From the IMG/VR virus record IMGVR_UViG_3300028591_000110, positions 1-64,000 of that record: a stretch of 64,000 nt of DNA; one strand, written 5' to 3'. The position numbers were made by a program, and so were the translations under genes. The DNA is from a virus (Duplodnaviria > Caudoviricetes). This document shows positions 27,239 through 34,699 of this stretch, piece by piece. Under the pieces are notes generated by a model that made no database searches, was not told the DNA's origin, and worked only from the letters and a program-made list of their open reading frames with translations. Positions within the stretch are counted from its first letter, which is position 1, and the number at the start of each line of letters is the position of its first letter.

Positions 27239-27313
27239 TGCGGAGTGGAGGAGCGGTTTCCTTGTCGGCCTCATAAGCCGAAGACACGGGTTCGAATCCC
27301 GTCTCCGCAACCA
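27239..27313 (+). tRNA. tRNA-Met(CAU), initiator-like
   Basis: Loop CT-CAT-AA with fMet-like acceptor and D arm. Anticodon stem is TCGGC/GCCGA rather than three G-C pairs. Confidence 0.85.
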
Positions 27314-27435
27314 GGGGAGTGCGTGCGCTACACTTCAAAGCGACCCCGAAAACGGAAAAAGAAGTGTGACTTTTCGGAATAGGCGAGACCGATGACGCAA
27401 TGTGATAACAGCGCACAGCCGATAGACGGCTGTAT

Positions 27436-27512
27436 GGCCGGTTAGCTCAGCCGGTTAGAGCACTTGCCTTACAAGCAAGGGGGCGCAGGTTCGAGCCCTG
27501 CACCGGCCACCA
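27436..27512 (+). tRNA. tRNA-Val(UAC)
   Basis: Loop CT-TAC-AA, CCA. Confidence 0.93.
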
Positions 27513-27521
27513 ACTGAATAA

Positions 27522-27597
27522 GCGGGCGTGGTGTTTAATGGTAACATCCCGGCCTTCCAAGCCGGTGTTGCGGGTTCAAGTCCCGTTGCCCGTTCCA
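27522..27597 (+). tRNA. tRNA-Gly(UCC)
   Basis: Loop CT-TCC-AA, TCCA end. Confidence 0.92.
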
Positions 27598-27600
27598 CCA

Positions 27601-27683
27601 GGGCGAGTGATGAAATTGGCAGACATGTCGGATTTAGGTTCCGGTGCTTCGGCGTGCGGGTTCAAATCCCGCCTCGCCTACCA
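27601..27683 (+). tRNA. tRNA-Leu(UAG)
   Basis: Loop TT-TAG-GT, long variable arm, CCA. Confidence 0.92.
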
Positions 27684-27704
27684 AACACTTTTGCAATGAA
27701 AATG

Positions 27705-27765
27705 AGAGCGCTTGCAGCAACTTTTCTTGGAATAGACTTTTAATCTATAAACCCAAAGGCGCTCT
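27705..27765 (+). ncRNA. Stem-GCAGCAA element D carrying a Lys(UUU) anticodon stem-loop
   Basis: AGAGCGC-TT-GCAGCAA...ATAGA-CTTTTAA-TCTAT...GCGCTCT. Confidence 0.7.
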
Positions 27766-27772
27766 GGATTAT

Positions 27773-27857
27773 GGCGATGTGATGGAATCGGCAGACGTGT
27801 CTGACTCAAAATCAGATGCCGCAAGGCGTGTGGGTTCAAGTCCCACCATCGCCACCA
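27773..27857 (+). tRNA. tRNA-Leu(CAA)
   Basis: Loop CT-CAA-AA, long variable arm, CCA. Confidence 0.92.
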
Positions 27858-27879
27858 ATACTGCAAAGTAAGGAATTTT

Positions 27880-28296
27880 ATGACAAGGTTTCAGCAAAAC
27901 GGGCATGATTGCCGCGTGAAGGAGAAGCTTTCCACCGGGCAGACGATAGACATGTTTTTCGAGTGTATTGATGAATATAAAGGCACTCTCTATTACAATA
28001 TCTCTTTGTCTGTTTACTCGAAGCGAAAGCACGCTTACAAAAACGAAGACGAGAAGAAGATCACCGGGAAGAACCCGGTTGAAACCGTGTTGGCTGCCAG
28101 AAGGATCTTTTATGAAATTGAGGATCATATCATCGCCGAATGCAAAGCCGCAGGTCTGGATGTAGTGTTCGAGGTATTCTGGACAGACAAGCGAAGAAGA
28201 GATGCGTACTATAAGGCATTATCCAAGGATGGATATCGGTATGGTATGCGCGATGATGTGAAGTGCCTGGAAAAACGGGTATTTCATGATGAATGA
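27880..28296 (+). CDS. Hypothetical protein within the tRNA cluster
   Basis: AAGGA RBS, 138 aa. Confidence 0.7.
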   Translation: MTRFQQNGHDCRVKEKLSTGQTIDMFFECIDEYKGTLYYNISLSVYSKRKHAYKNEDEKKITGKNPVETVLAARRIFYEIEDHIIAECKAAGLDVVFEVFWTDKRRRDAYYKALSKDGYRYGMRDDVKCLEKRVFHDE

Positions 28297-28305
28297 ATCG
28301 ACGAT

Positions 28306-28384
28306 AAGTCTCACACAGCAATTTTCTTGGTAAAAACAAATGACTGCAAATCATATGTCGTGGTTCAAATCCACATTGAGGCTT
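28306..28384 (+). ncRNA. Stem-ACAGCAA element E carrying a Cys(GCA) tRNA body
   Basis: AAGTCTC-AC-ACAGCAA, ATGA-CTGCAAA-TCAT, T-arm GTGG-TTCAAAT-CCAC, closing GAGGCTT. No CCA. Confidence 0.7.
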
Positions 28385-28408
28385 GCTTGAAACATTTTTA
28401 TTCCTCCA

Positions 28409-28521
28409 AAGTCGCTGACAGCAATGATTTACTCCGGCCTCCGGAGAGTAGTTCAAGGGTAGAATATGCGCCTGATAATCGCAAGCTGCGGGTTCGAATC
28501 CCGCCTTAATAAATGCGACTT
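28409..28521 (+). ncRNA. Stem-ACAGCAA element F carrying an Ile(GAU) tRNA body
   Basis: AAGTCGC-TG-ACAGCAA, D arm TAGTTCAAGGGTAGAAT, loop CT-GAT-AA, T-arm GCGGG-TTCGAAT-CCCGC, closing GCGACTT. Confidence 0.7.
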
Positions 28522-28529
28522 GTTTATAT

Positions 28530-28606
28530 AGTTCGGTAGCGAAGATGGTTATCGCGCTGGCCTGTCACGCCAGAGATCGCGGGTTCGATCCCCGTCCGGA
28601 CTGCCA
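28530..28606 (+). tRNA. tRNA-Asp(GUC)
   Basis: Loop CT-GTC-AC, GCCA end. Confidence 0.92.
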
Positions 28607-28611
28607 AAAGT

Positions 28612-28898
28612 CAATCGGCGCGGCGATTAAGCTTGGTAAGCGAGGCAAAGTCTTTATATCATCTACTGTGGGGAGAATGTTAAATCCCGCCGAGTCGCGC
28701 CGATATGAACAGAGAGATTGCCGCAGAGTGGATGATGCGGGATAAAAATATCGACCATCCTCTATGGGTAGGGAGGCTGAAATGTTGTCGGCCACATAGA
28801 GTGAGTCCTAGGCCCCATGGCGCTAATGGAGCATGCGTGAATGGAGAAACTCGTTAATCGATGACACTCCTAAAAAGTGCCTGAAACGCTAGGCATTA
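28612..28898 (+). ncRNA. Unidentified structured RNA with probable pseudoknot
   Basis: ATCGGCGCGGC/GTCGCGCCGAT stem. Loop ATCATCTACTGTGG is complementary to the downstream CCGCAGAGTGGATGAT. Confidence 0.45.
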
Positions 28899-28901
28899 TA
28901 A

Positions 28902-28976
28902 TGGGGCGTCGCCAAGCGGTAAGGCACAGGACTTTGACTCCTGCATCCGCTGGTTCAAATCCAGCCGCCCCAGCCA
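28902..28976 (+). tRNA. tRNA-Gln(UUG)
   Basis: Loop CT-TTG-AC, GCCA end. Confidence 0.93.
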
Positions 28977-29081
28977 AAGGACAAGGCAAAGTCGGTAAAA
29001 CCCCTCGTGGGCGGTCTGTAGTGGTTAAGCGTCTTGCGGTAGTTTTCTGTTGATTCCGCAACGAAGCACAAAGAACAGATA

Positions 29082-29257
29082 GATGCGGTGGCGGAATAGA
29101 CCGGGTAAGACGCCGGGTGCTGAGATAGTCAGCGCCGCTGTATAGCGGAGGAATAGTAGACGCTTCAGGTGCTTGATGTCGCAAGGGTGCACACTTGAAA
29201 TAGCACAAGGGGTACAAAAATCGACATCCTGTAAGGTGCAAATCCTTACCCGCATTG
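29082..29257 (+). ncRNA. Oversized tRNA-like RNA (176 nt)
   Basis: Acceptor GATGCGG/CCGCATT, split D arm GGCGGAATA...GTAGACGC and T-arm GTAAGG-TGCAAAT-CCTTAC. Confidence 0.6.
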
Positions 29258-29262
29258 AATAT

Positions 29263-29338
29263 ATACCTCTGGTGTAATTGGAAACATACCGGTCTCCAAA
29301 ACCGGGAGATCGGGGTTCGAGTCCTCGGGGGTGTGCCA
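29263..29338 (+). tRNA. tRNA-Trp(CCA)
   Basis: Loop CT-CCA-AA, GCCA end. Confidence 0.88.
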
Positions 29339-29342
29339 ATAT

Positions 29343-29419
29343 GCTGCTCTCTTCTAACCGGCATAGGAAACCGGCCTCTCAAGCCGGAAATACGAGTTCG
29401 AGTCTCGTGAGCAGTACCA
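29343..29419 (+). tRNA. tRNA-Glu(CUC)
   Basis: Loop CT-CTC-AA, CCA. Confidence 0.88.
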
Positions 29420-29423
29420 CTAT

Positions 29424-29499
29424 GGCGCTGTAGTCGAGAGGGCTAAGACGCCGGCCCTTCAAGCCGGAGACGCGGGTTCGATTCCCGCCAGCGCTGCCA
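29424..29499 (+). tRNA. tRNA-Glu(UUC) with C33
   Basis: CCGGC-CCTTCAA-GCCGG, GCCA end. Confidence 0.88.
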
Positions 29500-29511
29500 A
29501 AGGAGATTTTT

Positions 29512-29715
29512 ATGGCTGACAGAATTGCAAGAAAGATTCCGGCAAGCGAGAGCGGCGCAGGGAATACGATTCATACAAAGAGCGGCAGAGTTTATCGGAT
29601 TACGATGAATCCGGACAAGCGGGTTCATACAATCTGGGAGGTCGTAGAAGGCGGCTTCCGGAAGATCGCAAGCGCGGATTCGCCGCTGAAGCTGCATAAG
29701 CATGTGCAGGAATAA
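29512..29715 (+). CDS. Small basic hypothetical protein
   Basis: AAAGGAG RBS. Confidence 0.65.
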   Translation: MADRIARKIPASESGAGNTIHTKSGRVYRITMNPDKRVHTIWEVVEGGFRKIASADSPLKLHKHVQE

Positions 29716-29718
29716 CAT

Positions 29719-29805
29719 GGGGGAGCGCCGGAGTTGGTGAGCCGGGGCGGTCTGTAAAACCGTTGCCGTTTGGCTGAGATGGTTCGAATCCATCCTCCCT
29801 CACCA
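29719..29805 (+). tRNA. tRNA-Tyr(GUA)
   Basis: Loop CT-GTA-AA, long variable arm, CCA. Confidence 0.9.
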
Positions 29806-29814
29806 TTGATATAT

Positions 29815-29899
29815 GCCGAGTGACGCAATCCGGCGATTGCACCGGTCTTGAAAACCGTGGGTACGAGAGTATGGGGATCGACACCTCCGCTCGGCGCCA
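29815..29899 (+). tRNA. tRNA-Ser(UGA), atypical T-loop ATCGACA
   Basis: Loop CT-TGA-AA, variable arm, GCCA end. Confidence 0.8.
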
Positions 29900-29904
29900 A
29901 TTAT

Positions 29905-29981
29905 GGGCGGTTAGCTCAGTTGGTAGAGCGCTTGGTTGAAGCCCAAGGCTTGCGGCGGTTCGATTCCGTCACTGCCCACCA
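29905..29981 (+). tRNA. tRNA-Phe(GAA) with G37
   Basis: CTTGG-TTGAAGC-CCAAG, CCA. Confidence 0.88.
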
Positions 29982-30154
29982 AACGGACATGCAGTCCGTG
30001 AGAATGCAGGATTGCAACCTTCCGTGAAAGCCGGACGGAGGCAAAACCCGATAGAAAACCTGAACGCTGTAAGCAAAGCGGCAAGCCGATCAGGAGCGCG
30101 GCGGCGCGGTGCATGCCAACGGAACTTCGAGAGTCTGAAAATTTGCACACTTTT

Positions 30155-30180
30155 GACCAGAGTAACGCTCTGGTCTTTTT
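30155..30180 (+). terminator. Intrinsic terminator ending the RNA cluster
   Basis: GACCAGAG-TAACG-CTCTGGTC-TTTTT. Confidence 0.8.
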
Positions 30181-30208
30181 CATTTGCTTTTGAACGGAGG
30201 TGCAGAGT

Positions 30209-31165
30209 GTGGCGAAAAAGCAAATCAAGAAGGTTGTCAAGGTCAATAAGGCAGCGTTGTTGAATGAAGAAAAGCTGAAAATTGAAAATGACGAAGAGTA
30301 TCGCTGCACATGCTGCGGGCATAAATACAAAAAACAGGACGGAAACTTCTACCGTTCGAGATCCCCGATTTACAAGGGGAACAACGGATATCTTTCTATT
30401 TGCAAGCCCTGCGTGACGGAGTTGTACAACAAGTTCGTGCAGTTCTATGACAAAAACGAGGATGAGGCCGCAGAACGGATGTGTCAGCTTACGGATATGT
30501 TCTTTGAAGAAACGGCGTGGGGCGCGACACGAAAGAGCAATAACCGGATTGCCGCCTATGTTCCGCAGTTAAATCTTGCGCAGGCAAAAGGGAAGACCTA
30601 TTCCGACACGCTGGTGCGGAGATGGGAGGAGCAGGAGGCGGAGGGGATTCGTCCGGAGGATCTGGAAGAGGACGACTCCATTGATCAAGAGGTTGTAAAA
30701 CGGTTTGGCTTTGGATTCGCGTCTGAGGAATATGACGCGATGAAGTATGAATACGAAAACTGGGTGAGCCGCTATGGTGAGCCTATGGATAAAAGACAGG
30801 AAGAGCTATACGTTTCCATCTGCTATTTGAAGCTGAATCTCCAAAAAAGCATTCGGGCAGACGCCAGCAGCGGCGTCGGCGCAATTGCGAACGCTTACAA
30901 AAACTTCATCGAAGCGGCTACGACAGAGATTGAAGATCGAAAGCGCAAGGCAGAGGCGGAGCGCGTACTAACCCCTCTTGGCGTACTCACCAGAGATATG
31001 GAGATGTACACGCCGGCTGAATTTTACAAGGATAAAAAGATCTACAAGGATCACGCGCAGTTGGGAAAGTATTACAACAATGTTCTTGTACGAGCGCTGA
31101 TTAACTTGCTGTCCGGCTCAAAGGATCTCGACCCTGAGTATAGTCTTTCCGACACGGAGGAATGA
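30209..31165 (+). CDS. Putative terminase small subunit/packaging protein with Zn finger
   Basis: CTCCG...ICKPC, directly before the large terminase. GGAGGTG RBS. Confidence 0.6.
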   Translation: MAKKQIKKVVKVNKAALLNEEKLKIENDEEYRCTCCGHKYKKQDGNFYRSRSPIYKGNNGYLSICKPCVTELYNKFVQFYDKNEDEAAERMCQLTDMFFEETAWGATRKSNNRIAAYVPQLNLAQAKGKTYSDTLVRRWEEQEAEGIRPEDLEEDDSIDQEVVKRFGFGFASEEYDAMKYEYENWVSRYGEPMDKRQEELYVSICYLKLNLQKSIRADASSGVGAIANAYKNFIEAATTEIEDRKRKAEAERVLTPLGVLTRDMEMYTPAEFYKDKKIYKDHAQLGKYYNNVLVRALINLLSGSKDLDPEYSLSDTEE

Positions 31166-32985
31166 GTATGGACTATCGGCGGGTTATGGACGAAAAGCAG
31201 CTTCATTTGCATGAGCACTTTCCGTCAACGCATTATTTGAGCGATCCGGAGCATGTAAAGCGGACAATGGAATGGGTGACTTTCTGGAGACGCAATATCA
31301 ATTTGTTCATTGAGTATTACTTCAACATGAAGCTGCATCTGTTCCAGCACATTATTTTATATCTCATGACTTGGTTCCCGAGCATCTGCATTGTTGCTGC
31401 TCGAAGCGCATCCAAGTCATTTATTATTGCCGCGTATGCCTGCGCGGAGGCTATTTTGCGGCCAGGATCAAAGATCGTGATCGCCTCGGCAACCAAAAAG
31501 CAGGCAAGGCTGATTGTGACGGAGAAGATCAAAAAGGAGATCATGCCGAACGCGCCGCTGCTTGCGGCTGAAATTGAAGACTTCCGAACGAATCAGAATG
31601 AGATTGAGGTTGTATTCAAAAACGGCAGCTCCATCATCGTGGTTACTGCGGACGATAACTCCCGTGGTTATCGCGCAACGATCATGATCTATGAAGAGTT
31701 CCGAATGATCAAGAAATACATCGTTGACTCTGTTTTGTCTCCGTTTCTGGTGATCCGGCAGGCTCCGTTTCTGAATGATGAACAATATGGGCATCTTCAG
31801 GAAGAGTCAAAAGAGATTTATATCAGCTCCGCATGGTACAAGAACCATTGGATGTGGAAGGACATTATTGTTCCGTTTTCGGAAAAGATGGTGCAGCATC
31901 CGATGGGCGGAGATCAGTCTTCGCTGGTGATTGCAATGGACTACAGCGTTGCGCTGCGGCACAGGATCAAGACAAGGAATTTCCTTTTGAAAGAGAAACG
32001 AAAGCTGGACGCGGTTGCATGGGCGATTGAGTATGAGAACCAGATGATCGCGGAAAATGCCAACGCATACTTCACATATGAGATGCTGAACAAGAACAGG
32101 ACGCTGAAAAAGGCTTTCTTCCCGCGCAAACCGCTGGAGCAAGCGTCCAAGTGGAAGGCGAGATCCGTCACGCAGAAGCAGCCCGGAGAGATCCGGATTG
32201 TATCTTGCGATATCGCAACCGCCGGCGGCAACGACAACGATAACTCTGTGTTTTCCTGCATTCGGCTGCTGCCGGAAAGCAAGGAGTACAAGGCAACCGG
32301 GAAAGACGGAGAACACATTGAGGTCAAGCAGGGATATCGACGGCAAGTCCAGTATATGGAGGCCAGAAACGGCGGAGAGACGTCAAAGCAGGCAATTCGA
32401 ATCAAACAGTTGTTCAATGACTTTGACGCTGATTACTGCGTGCTTGATATTCAGAACGCCGGTCGTTCGATTTACGACGCGCTGGCAAAGGTTTTGTATG
32501 ACGAGGAGCGCAATTGCGAATATGTGCCATGGAAGGCCATGAACAATGACGACATGGCGGGGCGTATTGTTGTGTCCGGTCAGATCCCGGTTATTTTTAC
32601 GGTGTCCGCAACCGGCGCCATGAACAGTGATATTGCCGTGGCGATGAGAAAGACGCTGGAGGACGGCATGATTGATCTGCTTGTGAATCATCAGGAGGGC
32701 GTCGAATACATTCAGCAGCTCATCCCGGAATACGCAACGGCAGATCCGGAGGATCAGCTATTCTATGAGCGTCCGTATCTGGAAACGGTTGCTCTGATCA
32801 ATGAGATGATCTCCCTTGAATACTCCGTGTCTGCACAGACCGGATATATCAAGGTGGAGGAAAAGGGCAAGAAGCGAAAAGACCGATATACTTCCGTGGC
32901 TTACGGAAATTATTTTGCATCGATGCTGGAGCAGGATCTTCTGTCTGACAGCTCGGAATATGAATATCTAACGATTATTGATTAA
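31162..32985 (+). CDS. Terminase large subunit
   Basis: Walker A AARSASKS, Walker B IYEEFR, YISSA, nuclease CDIA...ND.S and KDRY. Confidence 0.88.
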   Translation: MSMDYRRVMDEKQLHLHEHFPSTHYLSDPEHVKRTMEWVTFWRRNINLFIEYYFNMKLHLFQHIILYLMTWFPSICIVAARSASKSFIIAAYACAEAILRPGSKIVIASATKKQARLIVTEKIKKEIMPNAPLLAAEIEDFRTNQNEIEVVFKNGSSIIVVTADDNSRGYRATIMIYEEFRMIKKYIVDSVLSPFLVIRQAPFLNDEQYGHLQEESKEIYISSAWYKNHWMWKDIIVPFSEKMVQHPMGGDQSSLVIAMDYSVALRHRIKTRNFLLKEKRKLDAVAWAIEYENQMIAENANAYFTYEMLNKNRTLKKAFFPRKPLEQASKWKARSVTQKQPGEIRIVSCDIATAGGNDNDNSVFSCIRLLPESKEYKATGKDGEHIEVKQGYRRQVQYMEARNGGETSKQAIRIKQLFNDFDADYCVLDIQNAGRSIYDALAKVLYDEERNCEYVPWKAMNNDDMAGRIVVSGQIPVIFTVSATGAMNSDIAVAMRKTLEDGMIDLLVNHQEGVEYIQQLIPEYATADPEDQLFYERPYLETVALINEMISLEYSVSAQTGYIKVEEKGKKRKDRYTSVAYGNYFASMLEQDLLSDSSEYEYLTIID

Positions 32986-32998
32986 GGAGGTGAGGCGA

Positions 32999-34681
32999 TT
33001 GGCAACAGAATCACGGTTCCGCTTGTGGGGGAGCCGAGAGCAGACGCACGACGAAAAGCGAGCCGACATTGGCGACAAAGAGAAGGTCGCAGAAAGCAAT
33101 TCGGATGCGGGTGAGCAGAATGCGTGGAATGTACCGACGCCATCCTTTGTGAATCTATTCAATGAAGACGCACTGAAAGGTGCGCCTTTTTCTGTACACA
33201 GGCTGTCTGAGATGGCGAGGAGTCCGATGCGAAACATCAGAGATCTCCGGCGTTGGGCGCGTTGGGCATACAACGCGAACGGAACGGTGTCCACTGCGGT
33301 GGACGCACTGACCTACATCTATTCTCTGGATCATTTTGTCGTGGCGAAACCGAAACGCCGCAATGCGGACAAGTCTGTGCGCAATGAGAAAATTGCGCAA
33401 ATGAATAAGGCGCTTTCCGGCATGCGGGTCAAAGAAGTGATTCGCGACGCGCTGTTTTATGACATGCGCGACGGCATGTACGTCGGGTACTTTGAGACGC
33501 GCAATGCGCAGGCTTCCAGCAAAAAGGCTTTCACGGACTATGATCTGGATTTCTATACAGAGATCAATGACCGCAGCGAACATGCAACCGTTATTTCGCT
33601 CCCAATCGACTATGTAAGAATCGTCGGGAGACGCAACAGTTGTTATGAGGCCGCATTTGACTTGAGATACTTTGAGGCCATGACGGATGATCAGCGGGGC
33701 AGAACGCTCAAGGGTATGCCGAGGCAAATTCAGGAAGGCTGGGAGAAGTACAGTAAGGGTGACTTCAAAAACGGAGAATGCTGGATTCTCCTGGATTGGC
33801 GAAAAACCATTATCCACAAAATCAAGAGCGGAAGCAGAGATCCCTTTGGTGTGCCGTTTGTGATTGCGGCGCTCGACGACATTGAATACGCAAAGTATTT
33901 CACAAATACCAAGCGAAACGTGCTGGACAGCGTAAACAACCAGATCTACTACGAGACGTTCCCGGAGGGCAAGGAAAAGGGCACTTCCGCGCTGACGCAA
34001 AAGCAGCAAAAGGAGCAGCACGAAAACGTGAAGTCTGCGCTGACGACGCGGAAGAACAAGAACGGCGTATCGTTCTTCAGCTTAGCTGCCGGAACGAAAA
34101 TGGATCGCCTGCCGGTCGATATCTCTCTTCTTGACGAGGATAACGAAAATGCGATCAAGGAAAACGTGAACAAGGGCATTGGCGTTTCTGCTGCGGTGCT
34201 GAACGGCAGCGCATCCGGAACCTATGCAACCGCAGCGCTGAATCTGCAATTGGTTGCATCGGACGTCTATGCGTGGATTGAGGCACTGACGGAGGAAATC
34301 AACAAGTGCGTCAACCTGAATCTGATCAAGAGCGCGGATTACAGAGTGAACATGTGTATGCTTCCGACATTTTTTGTGAACAGAGCTGAATTTGTGAAGC
34401 AGTTCGCAGATCTTTATGCGAGAGGCAAGGGCAGTCTGATCGCGTGGATTGCAGCTACCGGCGTAAACGCCGATGACTATATTACACTTATGGACTACGA
34501 GCTTGATGAAGACTTTGAGAACAAGTATCCGGTACATAAGACGAGTTTCACTGTAACGGGTAAGGACGCACCGGAACACGAGGATGTTGATGATAACAAC
34601 GGCGGCTTGGAATCCAATCCAAGCACTGAATCGACGGTAGCGAACAACGGGAATGCAAGCCCGGCCCCATCTGACAATTGA
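32999..34681 (+). CDS. Portal protein
   Basis: Follows the terminase, about 560 aa. TTG start after AGGAGGTG. Confidence 0.78.
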   Translation: MATESRFRLWGSREQTHDEKRADIGDKEKVAESNSDAGEQNAWNVPTPSFVNLFNEDALKGAPFSVHRLSEMARSPMRNIRDLRRWARWAYNANGTVSTAVDALTYIYSLDHFVVAKPKRRNADKSVRNEKIAQMNKALSGMRVKEVIRDALFYDMRDGMYVGYFETRNAQASSKKAFTDYDLDFYTEINDRSEHATVISLPIDYVRIVGRRNSCYEAAFDLRYFEAMTDDQRGRTLKGMPRQIQEGWEKYSKGDFKNGECWILLDWRKTIIHKIKSGSRDPFGVPFVIAALDDIEYAKYFTNTKRNVLDSVNNQIYYETFPEGKEKGTSALTQKQQKEQHENVKSALTTRKNKNGVSFFSLAAGTKMDRLPVDISLLDEDNENAIKENVNKGIGVSAAVLNGSASGTYATAALNLQLVASDVYAWIEALTEEINKCVNLNLIKSADYRVNMCMLPTFFVNRAEFVKQFADLYARGKGSLIAWIAATGVNADDYITLMDYELDEDFENKYPVHKTSFTVTGKDAPEHEDVDDNNGGLESNPSTESTVANNGNASPAPSDN

Positions 34682-34699
34682 AATAGGAGGTGAATCAGT

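Noticed and set aside
25563-29981. Suppressor tRNA or alternative genetic code
   Set aside because: No CUA, UUA or UCA anticodon was found. Leu(UAG) and Ser(UGA) are ordinary anticodons, and genes read normally in code 11.
25143-30330. Many ORFs overlapping tRNAs (e.g. 25143-25769, 28870-29382, 29443-29793)
   Set aside because: They are shadow frames of tRNA genes.
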